DNA of 25,426 nucleotides, taken from a virus (lineage: Duplodnaviria > Caudoviricetes). The stretch covers positions 1 through 25,426 of the IMG/VR virus record IMGVR_UViG_3300037511_000105; one strand, 5' to 3'. Below the pieces are notes generated by a model. The model was not told where the DNA came from. It saw only the letters and a program-made list of their open reading frames with translations, and made no database searches. This document shows positions 7,357 through 15,213 of the stretch, one piece after another. Position numbers and translations under genes: made by a program. How positions within the stretch are numbered: position 1 is the first letter of the stretch; the number at the start of each line of letters is the position of its first letter.

Positions 7357-7434
7357 GCGCCCCGGAGGGTACAGCAGTACACCGAGCGGGTAGTCCACCT
7401 GTGCCCGAGCCCCTACCGAATCCCTGGAGTAGTC

Positions 7435-7626
7435 ATGAACCACCCCAAGGACGACAAGCCGGTGCCCCTGGAGGTGTACACCTCCAAGGAGCAGGCCGAC
7501 AACGCGCTGCACGAGTTCGCCGAACGTCTCACCGAGTGGGGCGTCACTCAGAGTTACCGTGTGAAGGTGGACCGTATGGAGCCCCGGCGCAACAGCAACT
7601 GGGGCGTTTGGCTGGTCAGGCACTAG
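7435..7626 (+). CDS. hypothetical protein (start ATG 7435, or GTG 7345)
   Basis: GGAG before ATG 7435; high GC3 from there on. Confidence 0.7.
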   Translation: MNHPKDDKPVPLEVYTSKEQADNALHEFAERLTEWGVTQSYRVKVDRMEPRRNSNWGVWLVRH

Positions 7627-7668
7627 CACGGTGACGGCAGGGTTATATCTAACGATCCCTCAGCCACC

Positions 7669-7698
7669 TTGACTCCCTCACCGTGGGTGTCGCATACT
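7669..7698 (+). promoter_or_regulatory. putative promoter
   Basis: TTGACT-N18-CATACT in an intergenic gap. Confidence 0.6.
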
Positions 7699-7742
7699 GG
7701 AAGCACAAGAAGCCCAGTGCATATATCCAGAGGAGCGAGTGT

Positions 7743-8264
7743 ATGACTACCGCGAGGTCCCTGTGGCCGACCCTGCTGGACCAGGTCGAGCACAGTGACG
7801 GAGTACTGAAGGTCTCGATCGAGTTTCTGCGGCAGATCGCAGGCGCCCAGAGGATGGGTCCGAAGATCGCAGACAAGATCGAAGCTGGTCTGGACGTACA
7901 GGGACTCCGGGCGTTTCCGACCGATCTCAACCGGAAGCAGCACGAGGAAGTCATCCTGGTCAAGGCCGGGACACCCGCCTACGAGGCAATCCAGGCGATC
8001 TCTGCCGGTGACCCGAACGACTCCCTGGTATCCCTGCTGACCCGCCTGAACCTGGCGTCCGAAGACCCGAGGGACGCGCTGAACCAGCAGGTTCGCGCCC
8101 TCGCCGAGAAGATCGTGGACCCGGTGTCCGAGCTGCTGGGTATCACCCGGCCGCAGGCCGCCGAACCGTCCTCCGAGGAGGACGTACAGATCCGCGCCGA
8201 CCGCCGTCATCAGGCCGTCCAGGAGGCCTTGGCTGACGTTGTCAGCCTGCCCTCCTCCGGATGA
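7743..8264 (+). CDS. hypothetical protein (monocistronic unit)
   Basis: RBS AGGAG before ATG 7743; bracketed by a promoter and a hairpin. The GTG 7683 start would lie inside the promoter. Confidence 0.8.
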   Translation: MTTARSLWPTLLDQVEHSDGVLKVSIEFLRQIAGAQRMGPKIADKIEAGLDVQGLRAFPTDLNRKQHEEVILVKAGTPAYEAIQAISAGDPNDSLVSLLTRLNLASEDPRDALNQQVRALAEKIVDPVSELLGITRPQAAEPSSEEDVQIRADRRHQAVQEALADVVSLPSSG

Positions 8265-8289
8265 CGCCAGCCCCGTATCGTCCGCCACG

Positions 8290-8330
8290 CCCCCTACCGT
8301 GTTCCTGTTGCGCGGTAGGGGGTCCTCTTT
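8290..8330 (+). terminator. intrinsic terminator-like hairpin
   Basis: CCCCCTACCGTG / CGCGGTAGGGGG 12-bp stem, 9-nt loop, pyrimidine tail. Confidence 0.65.
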
Positions 8331-8387
8331 GCGTCCATAGCTGTAGTTCAAACAGAGTAGAGATTAAGGCCGGTTAAGATAACGAAA

Positions 8388-8428
8388 GAGTCACGCCAGC
8401 TTGACTCGGCTTTTTAAGTCGCTAAGAT
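8388..8428 (+). promoter_or_regulatory. putative promoter with overlapping inverted repeat
   Basis: TTGACT(8401)-N16-TAAGAT(8423) in an AT-rich gap; GAGTCA-N8-TGACTC at 8388-8407. Confidence 0.55.
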
Positions 8429-8463
8429 AGAGGAAAGGTCACAGCGAAGAAGGGTCCGGAACC

Positions 8464-8841
8464 ATGGGACGTCGCAAGAACGTGAAGCACCTCCAGGGGC
8501 ACGACTCCTGGGCGGACATCGCTGACGTGCTGGGCGACCTCAAGTCCTTCCGCACCTGGATGCTGCGAGGCCTCCGGGGTCGGGCCCGAGCGGACTACTA
8601 CAGTTCGTTCCGGTTCACCGACCCGGGCCTGCTCCCCGCTGACTCTGCTGCCAAGTTCCTGAGCCGCGCGGAGGAGAACATCTACACCATCTTCCTCGGG
8701 GAATCCCCTGTCGCCTGGTATTCCTACACCCATGGCTGGGAAGGCGTACTGCGTACGTCTGACATGGGTGACGACACCCCGGAAGAGCACGTCAAGGTGC
8801 TCACCGCGCTGGAGTTCCTGCGCACTCGCACCGCCGCCTGA
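8464..8841 (+). CDS. hypothetical protein (125 aa)
   Basis: First ORF after the promoter; high GC3. Confidence 0.75.
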   Translation: MGRRKNVKHLQGHDSWADIADVLGDLKSFRTWMLRGLRGRARADYYSSFRFTDPGLLPADSAAKFLSRAEENIYTIFLGESPVAWYSYTHGWEGVLRTSDMGDDTPEEHVKVLTALEFLRTRTAA

Positions 8842-8874
8842 CCCCAGAACCAAACCGCTCCCAAGGAGAGAACA

Positions 8875-9105
8875 ATGGCTACTGTCGCGACCATCAACAC
8901 CCTGGACGCTGCCATCACGACTCACCCGGACGTCACCCCGATGGCCTTCTGGACCGAGGCGCGCAAGAGCTGGCACGACCTGGCCGACTTCTACCGCTTC
9001 ACCGGTGACGTCGGCAGCGAGGACTTCTTCCGCGAGATGGAGGCCGCCGCGTGGTTCATGATGACCTCCACCGGCCAGCCGATGGCTGTCAGCACTCTCG
9101 CCTGA
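8875..9105 (+). CDS. hypothetical protein (76 aa)
   Basis: Strong RBS AAGGAG; very high GC3. Confidence 0.8.
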   Translation: MATVATINTLDAAITTHPDVTPMAFWTEARKSWHDLADFYRFTGDVGSEDFFREMEAAAWFMMTSTGQPMAVSTLA

Positions 9106-9113
9106 CCAGCGGA

Positions 9114-9395
9114 ATGTGGGGGAGGCTCAACCCTCTGTTGGGGTGGCAGTACCGAGGGTTGAACGGGAAGCTGGAACCGTTCATACTCTACGATCTACGC
9201 AGAAACTCCGGGATGCTCTCCGGCATCGGTACACATTCAGGTGTACTGGCAACCCGGCCGCTACAGGACTTCGACCTCCTGTCTATCGATGGCAAGTACT
9301 GGCGAGACCGCTCACACCTGCTCGCCCTCGTCCCCCAAGAGGCCTGCTGTGCCCAAAGAAGACACTGCGTGCCCTTGCACGTTCGACACTCCTGA
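9114..9395 (+). CDS. hypothetical protein
   Basis: ATG 9114 just after the previous stop; weaker codon bias. Confidence 0.45.
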   Translation: MWGRLNPLLGWQYRGLNGKLEPFILYDLRRNSGMLSGIGTHSGVLATRPLQDFDLLSIDGKYWRDRSHLLALVPQEACCAQRRHCVPLHVRHS

Positions 9396-9561
9396 CATAT
9401 GGAGGGGTTTCTTCGACCTGTGGGATATAGAGTTCACCCCCGTCGAAGAAGCACATATGCATCGCCGTGCGGAAGCCGAGTCCGGCACCCGCTACGAAGA
9501 TGTGATGGTCGGAAGCCAAAGAAAACCAGAATCCCCTCTTGACGACGTGTCAGAAATATGA
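9349..9561 (+). CDS. hypothetical protein (start uncertain)
   Basis: GAGG before GTG 9349; the frame has coding-like GC3 in its 3' half. Confidence 0.4.
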   Translation: MPKEDTACPCTFDTPDIWRGFFDLWDIEFTPVEEAHMHRRAEAESGTRYEDVMVGSQRKPESPLDDVSEI

Positions 9562-9567
9562 CACAAT
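9539..9567 (+). promoter_or_regulatory. putative promoter with operator-like palindrome
   Basis: TTGACG-N17-CACAAT; GTGTCA-N6-TGACAC at 9547-9564. Confidence 0.6.
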
Positions 9568-9611
9568 GCCCCTCAGGTCTGTAAATAGGACATTCTAGAG
9601 GGAGCAACTCG

Positions 9612-10070
9612 ATGGCAGAGGAAAGCCCGGACTTAGAGCCCCGCCGACATTCCTTTCTACAGGAAGAGGCGCGGATGCTGGGCCCGATCTACCGCGCAGC
9701 GGAAGCACTCGGCCAGTCCTGGCGACGCCCATCCCTCTGCTCAGAGCTAGTCCGCGACGGCACCGTGCCCCCTGATATCTTCTTCGCGGAAGACGGCACG
9801 GACGCCTCCGAAACCGCCGCATCGATCTGCTTCGACTGCCCCGTACGGCAGCAGTGCTTGAAGTGGGCATGCTCGGCCAAACAGAGACATGGCATATGGG
9901 GCGGCCTACCCGCATCGGTTCGATTACAGCGGGTGGCCGCCCCCAGCCGTGGAAAACCCCACGACTACGCATCTCTGGTTACCCTGCCCAACCCGTACCT
10001 GACAGATGACGCGAGAAGCAGATTCCACCACAGCAACGTCACCGCATGGGAAGGACAGGAAGATGACTGA
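9612..10070 (+). CDS. whiB: WhiB-family Fe-S transcription factor
   Basis: W..PSLC...DIFF...ICFDCPVRQQC...HGIWGG: four Cys plus the G(V/I)WGG turn. Confidence 0.92.
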   Translation: MAEESPDLEPRRHSFLQEEARMLGPIYRAAEALGQSWRRPSLCSELVRDGTVPPDIFFAEDGTDASETAASICFDCPVRQQCLKWACSAKQRHGIWGGLPASVRLQRVAAPSRGKPHDYASLVTLPNPYLTDDARSRFHHSNVTAWEGQEDD

Positions 10071-10422
10071 CAACCCGCAGGAGCAGTCCCCCGAAGAGGG
10101 CCCCAGTTTCGAAGACATTGTCAGTAACTCAGATAAAGTAGACGCCAACCAGGGGCGGGACGTAAGCCTCTGGGACGTCTTGGGACAGCTCATGTCGAAG
10201 TTCTACCCGGGCAAGATCCTGACCAAGGGCGTCCTCATTCTCGACCTGCTGTCCACGGATGACCTAGAGACTCGCGAGCTTCGCTGGGCCATGCACCGCA
10301 ACACTATGCCGTGGGAGGCCCTGGGGATGGCCCACCAGATAATCAATGACTTGGAGGCAGAGAACTCCGTTATCGTCTCTACTGCCATGGCCGACGATGA
10401 GGATGACGACGATGAGCAGTAG
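10063..10422 (+). CDS. hypothetical acidic protein
   Basis: ATG 10063 with an 8-nt overlap; acidic tail. Confidence 0.75.
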   Translation: MTDNPQEQSPEEGPSFEDIVSNSDKVDANQGRDVSLWDVLGQLMSKFYPGKILTKGVLILDLLSTDDLETRELRWAMHRNTMPWEALGMAHQIINDLEAENSVIVSTAMADDEDDDDEQ

Positions 10423-10687
10423 TAACGGCTGGGTCAACGTATCCTTCGACTTCCATTTCGATGAAGTCCAGTTCGACCTGGACGAAGTTGACATGCGCGC
10501 ACTCTTACAGGGCTTAGGCAGGGCCGTGGCATACCTGCTCACCACGCAAGAAGAAATGGACCGGATAGGGCGGGATAAAGTCGGGGTGTACGTACGTAAC
10601 CTGCGGCTTCATGCGGTCGATTTCCTGACGGATGACGATATCAACCGCTGGCTGGATAGCGCTCCAGATCCGGGTGGCGATACCTAA
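10412..10687 (+). CDS. hypothetical protein (91 aa)
   Basis: ATG 10412 after GAGG; overlaps the upstream stop. Confidence 0.7.
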   Translation: MSSSNGWVNVSFDFHFDEVQFDLDEVDMRALLQGLGRAVAYLLTTQEEMDRIGRDKVGVYVRNLRLHAVDFLTDDDINRWLDSAPDPGGDT

Positions 10688-10746
10688 ATCCCGTATACTG
10701 GATGTACCGTACAGGTCCGAGGGTGAAACCCCCACGGAGGTAATCA

Positions 10747-10938
10747 ATGGTTCGTAAATGGGTATCCTTTGACGGCGAGATCTTGGGAGAGGAAGAATGG
10801 CAGCTTTCACCGCTACACTCATGTTTCTACTGTGGCTCTCCCCTCATATACGTCCAAGGCGAGCCGTGTCCGTCCGGAATTCTGAACCAGCACGAATTCA
10901 TCACCCTGTGCGATAAGAACTACCAGACTACTTACTAA
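10747..10938 (+). CDS. small Cys-containing protein
   Basis: RBS GGAGGT; CFYC...C...H...C. Confidence 0.6.
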   Translation: MVRKWVSFDGEILGEEEWQLSPLHSCFYCGSPLIYVQGEPCPSGILNQHEFITLCDKNYQTTY

Positions 10939-10968
10939 TCTCTGGACGATTAGTAGTTGGAGGTCGTA

Positions 10969-11160
10969 ATGCTGAGCAAGGCAGTGCGGCCGAGTGACCT
11001 TGGACTTCCACCGTTAACTCGCCCGCAGAACGAACGTACTGAACTCTCCGTCGAGGAGAACACCGAATTCTGGCTCTTAGTTCAGAATTCTACGGGTATG
11101 GACTGGGGGACGATGCGGATCTGGTCACACATCCTTTTCTGGAATCGAGGTGTCTCGTGA
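10969..11160 (+). CDS. hypothetical protein (63 aa)
   Basis: RBS GGAGGT before ATG 10969. Confidence 0.6.
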   Translation: MLSKAVRPSDLGLPPLTRPQNERTELSVEENTEFWLLVQNSTGMDWGTMRIWSHILFWNRGVS

Positions 11161-11471
11161 CCCGGAAACCCCGGAAGAAGCCCAACCCGGCACGCAAGCC
11201 GCGCCCCGCAACCCCTAAGGCGGAGGAACCGGCCACGCTGCTCTACCCGTGCTGCAACGTGTCGGCCGTTGGTCTCGCAGACACCCCCTGCTGGTCGTGT
11301 GAAGCTGGCGAAGGGGTCCGGATATGGATCCCTTCGCAGCCGAACCTGTTAGTACCCCTTGAGGCCGACGTCCCCCTTTACAGTCGGGGGGATGCCGAGT
11401 TGGCACGCAGGGCCGCCATGCTAAGGACTAGCCAGGGAGGCCCGCGCAATGCGGAAGAAGTCATCTGCTGA
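11157..11471 (+). CDS. basic protein with zinc-ribbon-like CC...CWSC
   Basis: RBS GAGGTG; GTGA overlap; K/R/P-rich N-terminus. Confidence 0.65.
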   Translation: MTRKPRKKPNPARKPRPATPKAEEPATLLYPCCNVSAVGLADTPCWSCEAGEGVRIWIPSQPNLLVPLEADVPLYSRGDAELARRAAMLRTSQGGPRNAEEVIC

Positions 11472-11700
11472 GGACTTCGGCATAGACCCGTCGGAACCCA
11501 ACCGCGAGCTGTGGCTCTGGCTGCTGAGCGGTGTGGGTACCCGGCCCAAGAGCACCCGGGAGCGAAAGGCACGAACAGCCCGGAAACGCTCGGAGGAGTA
11601 CTGGGACGACCACGTGGGGTACGTCCTTGAGGCACACCGGCAAAAACGTGAGGCCTACGCCACAGATCAGGAATACTTGCGGAGTCTTGACACGGACTAA
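11449..11700 (+). CDS. hypothetical protein (83 aa)
   Basis: RBS GGGAGG before the ATG. Confidence 0.7.
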   Translation: MRKKSSAEDFGIDPSEPNRELWLWLLSGVGTRPKSTRERKARTARKRSEEYWDDHVGYVLEAHRQKREAYATDQEYLRSLDTD

Positions 11701-11716
11701 ACCCCAGGTATAACGT
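11687..11716 (+). promoter_or_regulatory. promoter, probably giving a leaderless transcript
   Basis: TTGACA-N18-TAACGT; ATG at 11723 lies 7 nt after the -10. Confidence 0.75.
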
Positions 11717-11722
11717 TCGCGC

Positions 11723-11896
11723 ATGGAGAAAAACCCATTATGCATTGTGTGCGGGCAGGGATTTGCCGAATGGACTTACGTTGAATGCGATCCCTGCCGA
11801 GAATGGGCACACAGGGACTGCGGGGCCTACCTTAATTTTCCGGAGCACGGAGACCATGGATTTCGTTTCTTCTGCCAATTCTGCCTGGATGCGTGA
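11723..11896 (+). CDS. PHD-finger-like (C4HC3) zinc-finger microprotein, 57 aa (not in ORF track)
   Basis: MEKNPLCIVCGQGFAEWTYVECDPCREWAHRDCGAYLNFPEHGDHGFRFFCQFCLDA = C-x2-C-x11-C-x2-C-x4-H-x2-C-x17-C-x2-C. Confidence 0.75.
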   Translation: MEKNPLCIVCGQGFAEWTYVECDPCREWAHRDCGAYLNFPEHGDHGFRFFCQFCLDA

Positions 11897-12521
11897 GGCG
11901 GCATGCCGGGGTCTCCCCGAGGAGTACTTCTTCGAGCCTGAGCCGGAAGAGTTCAACGACACCCCGGCATTCAGCAAGGAGACCCACCGGCGTTTCGCCC
12001 AGGGGCGCAAGGTATGCAATAGCTGCCCGGTCCGCCCTCAGTGCCTGGACGAGAACATCCGCATGGAGTTCGGGCTGTACGGCGGGCTGTCGGTACGCCA
12101 GCGGGAACAGCTCATGCGCGACCTGGGTATGACTGAGCAGTCCAGGAAGACAGCCAACCACTCACTCACCCCCGCCTCGGTGCAGGTCGTCAGGGAGCTA
12201 CTGGCCGAAGGCCTCAGCTACACCCACATACACACCCAAACCGGGGTCAGCCGGGCCAGTATCTCCCGTATCGCCAACAACCCGGACTTCGGTCTCAAGC
12301 CGATGCCGTCTGCCAAGCCCGAGACCGACAGGCGGGTCCGAAGCAAGTCCGGAACCTTCGCCGAGGTCCCCACGCAGTCCTGGGCCGAGCCCAAGTACAA
12401 GGAGATACGGGACCTCCTACACGCGGGTGAAACGGCCAACCAGATAGCCCGGAAGACCGACGCCAGTGTCACTAAGGTGCGCCGCGTCCAGATCGCTATG
12501 GAACAGGCAGGAGTTCTGTAA
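11856..12521 (+). CDS. whiB: WhiB-family regulator fused to C-terminal HTH domain(s) (start 11856 or 11889)
   Basis: WMREAAC...YFF...VCNSCPVRPQC...FGLYGG; two HTH-like segments GLSYTHIHTQTGVSRASISRI and GETANQIARKTDASVTKVRRV. Confidence 0.88.
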   Translation: MDFVSSANSAWMREAACRGLPEEYFFEPEPEEFNDTPAFSKETHRRFAQGRKVCNSCPVRPQCLDENIRMEFGLYGGLSVRQREQLMRDLGMTEQSRKTANHSLTPASVQVVRELLAEGLSYTHIHTQTGVSRASISRIANNPDFGLKPMPSAKPETDRRVRSKSGTFAEVPTQSWAEPKYKEIRDLLHAGETANQIARKTDASVTKVRRVQIAMEQAGVL

Positions 12522-12664
12522 TGACGGTAGATGAACTCATCAAGGCCCTCCAACGGGCTGTCGTTATGGATGAGCTGGACGGGACCTCAGAGGTCATGAA
12601 CCACAACATGTGGCCAGCTCTGCTCACCATCAACATCGAACACCGGCACGTTGTAATTGAATAG
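12521..12664 (+). CDS. hypothetical protein (47 aa; not in ORF track)
   Basis: TAATG coupling; MTVDELIKALQ...HVVIE. Confidence 0.6.
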   Translation: MTVDELIKALQRAVVMDELDGTSEVMNHNMWPALLTINIEHRHVVIE

Positions 12665-12672
12665 AGGACGTC

Positions 12673-12909
12673 ATGTCTGATCGCGAGGACTCTTGGCGTA
12701 CGATATGGGCGCTATGGGTCGCGTATTTCGGGGTAGCAGAATATCTTGCCCTGAAAAGCAAGAACCCTAAGGCGCCTTTGTCGTACTTCCTGCGACGCAG
12801 TTTGGGCATCCGGCACAGACCACTACACCAGCGAGCCGGGCAGATGGCCCTGGGGGCTGGTGTGGTGTGGCTCATCAGCCACCTTTACGAGAATCAGGAC
12901 CAGGGGTAA
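12673..12909 (+). CDS. small membrane protein
   Basis: RBS GAGG; two hydrophobic segments around PLSYFLRRSLG. Confidence 0.7.
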   Translation: MSDREDSWRTIWALWVAYFGVAEYLALKSKNPKAPLSYFLRRSLGIRHRPLHQRAGQMALGAGVVWLISHLYENQDQG

Positions 12910-13205
12910 TGGACCGTAAGAAGAAGAAGATCGTCATCGCTGTCGTCGCTGCCCTCGCGGCGGGCGGGTTCCTCACCGCCGGTACTGGCTGCGATGCCAT
13001 TACAGAAGAGTGGAACGACGCCGAGATCGAGCACAAGTACGACCACCCGGCCGAGGTCTATTCCATGCCGGACGGCTACGCCAACTTCGCCGCCAAGTGC
13101 GACGTGCATGGCAACCGGGTCTACACGACCCGCTGGGGTGACTCAGGCCAGGGCAAGGCCCTCGCCGTGGTGCGGGACCCGAGCTGCGACAAGTGGAAGA
13201 AGTAG
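12909..13205 (+). CDS. putative lipoprotein
   Basis: MDRKKKK-hydrophobic stretch-TAGTG|C lipobox-like site; TAATG coupling. Confidence 0.75.
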   Translation: MDRKKKKIVIAVVAALAAGGFLTAGTGCDAITEEWNDAEIEHKYDHPAEVYSMPDGYANFAAKCDVHGNRVYTTRWGDSGQGKALAVVRDPSCDKWKK

Positions 13206-13209
13206 TAGC

Positions 13210-14601
13210 TTGTATGCGTTATCGGACTACCAGGTCGTAGCCCGTGATTTCCTTCTTGATCGACAAGTGGCTGGTCTCTTCGACGTGCCAGGCGTGGGTA
13301 AGACTCCACCTACGATTGTGGCGGCTGCTGAGAAGGTGGCGGAGACGGACCGACCCTCGCTGGTGACCGCCCCCGCCTACCTCTTGCCCAACTGGGAGGT
13401 TGAGATCTCCCGGTTCGCTCCGTTCGCCCGCGTACTGCGGGCGGACGGCGCCGGGCGCCGGGCGCGGTCCGCAGCCTTCGACGGAGACGCCGACTTCATC
13501 CTGACGTCGTACAACAACTGGTCGGCGCAGCACAAGGTGGGGGAGGACGACAAGGGGCCGATCTACGAGTTCAGCTACCCGCAGCTCGTTTCGAGGGGAT
13601 GGAGTTCGTGTGTCTTCGATGAGGGTCATCGATTACGCGGCCGGAACAGTAAGAGTACGCGGCAGGTGTTCCAACTGCGACGCCGATTATCGGCTAACGC
13701 AGAAACTCCCCTTTGGTGCCTTACGGGTACCCCTATCGTCAATAATCCGGGCGATCTCTTCCCTCTGCTCCACCTGTGGCGCCCCCGGGACTATCGATCT
13801 TACTGGAAGTTCGTCAACCGATACTGCGAAGTCGTAGAGACACCCTGGGCAAAGGAAGTAGGGAAGCTCCGTGCGGACATGGCTGTGGAATTTCGAGAAT
13901 TACTTGCTGAGTTCAGCCTCCGCAGAACTCTGGAAGACATTCCATTTCTGTCTGCTCTTGAGCATTCCAGTCGTGACTACATTGTCACTCTCCCCGCTTC
14001 TGTAAGGAAGATGTTTGGCCAAGCACGCAAAGAGTACATCTTGGACCACCCGGATCTCGCGGAGTCTGAGTTCGTTGATGGCGGTGGAGCGCTTTACTCC
14101 CGGCTCCGTCAGCTTGCGACTATACCTCCCACTAGCGCCAAGCCGAAGGTTGATTTTGTCCTGGACTTTCTCCAGGACCATTTCGGACCCCTGGTTGTTT
14201 ACACTTGGTACAAGTCTTCGGCTAGGGGAGTGGCAGAAGCCCTGTCCAAGACCAAGCGACCCGTAACCCTGATCACCGGGGACGTGCCGACCAATAAGCG
14301 CGCTGGGATGGTAGACAAATGGAAAAACGATGCCCAGGGTATTATCGTGGCCACCATATCCGCCTTGAAGGAAGGCATATCCCTCGTGAATGCTACGGAT
14401 GTTGTGTTCTTAGAGCACTCGCCGCTGCCCGCCGACCAGGAACAGTGCATCGCCCGGCTGAAGAGGCGGGGGCAAAATTCACTGGTCAATGTCCACAATG
14501 TCTTTGCCAACGGGACACCTGACACAGCTATCCGGCGTTCCCTGGAAGACCGAAACATCGGGCTCAAACGCGCCCTCACCGATTGGCTTATGGAGGACTG
14601 A
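13210..14601 (+). CDS. SNF2-family (SF2) helicase
   Basis: Q motif LSDYQ, DVPGVGKT, VFDEGH, LTGTP, KEGISL, QCIARLKRRGQ; likely start TTG 13210. Confidence 0.92.
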   Translation: MYALSDYQVVARDFLLDRQVAGLFDVPGVGKTPPTIVAAAEKVAETDRPSLVTAPAYLLPNWEVEISRFAPFARVLRADGAGRRARSAAFDGDADFILTSYNNWSAQHKVGEDDKGPIYEFSYPQLVSRGWSSCVFDEGHRLRGRNSKSTRQVFQLRRRLSANAETPLWCLTGTPIVNNPGDLFPLLHLWRPRDYRSYWKFVNRYCEVVETPWAKEVGKLRADMAVEFRELLAEFSLRRTLEDIPFLSALEHSSRDYIVTLPASVRKMFGQARKEYILDHPDLAESEFVDGGGALYSRLRQLATIPPTSAKPKVDFVLDFLQDHFGPLVVYTWYKSSARGVAEALSKTKRPVTLITGDVPTNKRAGMVDKWKNDAQGIIVATISALKEGISLVNATDVVFLEHSPLPADQEQCIARLKRRGQNSLVNVHNVFANGTPDTAIRRSLEDRNIGLKRALTDWLMED

Positions 14602-14602
14602 C

Positions 14603-14965
14603 ATGGCACTGCGAGACGACGCTGTACGGGCGTGCCAGACGGCGGGCGACCTTATGGAGGGCCGCCCCACGCTCGCCCAGCAGACCTACGAGCACGTGGC
14701 GCAGGGGACCAGTTGCTACTGCATCGTCGGTGCCCTCAGCCAGGTCATCGCCAGTAACCCTGCCGCTCTTGCGGAGAGCTGGCGCATTCCGGAGCCCCTT
14801 ATCGACACGATCGAGGCAGCCATAGGGCTGGTGCTGGAGGCCAACCCGGATATCCCCCGCGACCAGGTCGAGGACACCAGCGGCGCCGGGGTCCTGTTCG
14901 ACTGGAACGACCAACCCGAGCGCCAGATAGGTGAGGTCGTCCAGGTGCTCCGCAACGTGCGGTAG
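14603..14965 (+). CDS. DUF6197-like hypothetical protein
   Basis: RBS GGAGG; CYCIVGAL ... WNDQPER..GEVVQVL. Confidence 0.65.
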   Translation: MALRDDAVRACQTAGDLMEGRPTLAQQTYEHVAQGTSCYCIVGALSQVIASNPAALAESWRIPEPLIDTIEAAIGLVLEANPDIPRDQVEDTSGAGVLFDWNDQPERQIGEVVQVLRNVR

Positions 14966-15213
14966 TGCGCCGGTACGCGGTCACGCCGCGACAGCAGCTA
15001 CGCAAGCAGTTGTGGAGTAAGCAGCGTCACAGATGCCCACTGTGTAAGGCCCAGATCAGACGTCGTACGCTTTACACGGCCGAGGTCAACATCGACCATA
15101 TCCGCCCGAAAAGCCACGGCGGAACCGACCACAAGAGCAATCTGCAACTGGTACACAAAAGGTGTAACGAGTTGAAAGCAGACACCTGCAAGGGGTGCCC
15201 CGGATGTCCGTAA
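14965..15213 (+). CDS. HNH endonuclease
   Basis: CPLC ... IDHIRPKSHGG ... NLQLVHKRCNELK. Confidence 0.9.
   Translation: MRRYAVTPRQQLRKQLWSKQRHRCPLCKAQIRRRTLYTAEVNIDHIRPKSHGGTDHKSNLQLVHKRCNELKADTCKGCPGCP

Noticed and set aside
10690-10750. Hammerhead-like elements (CTGGATG...GAAAC...GTA)
   Set aside because: The core is not CUGAnGA and stems I and III pair poorly.
11745-11855. 258-aa WhiB start at 11745
   Set aside because: This stretch is better explained by the PHD-like ORF in another frame; WhiB similarity begins after 11856.
12994-13209. Helicase N-terminal extension
   Set aside because: Overlaps the lipoprotein gene; helicase motifs begin at about 13210.
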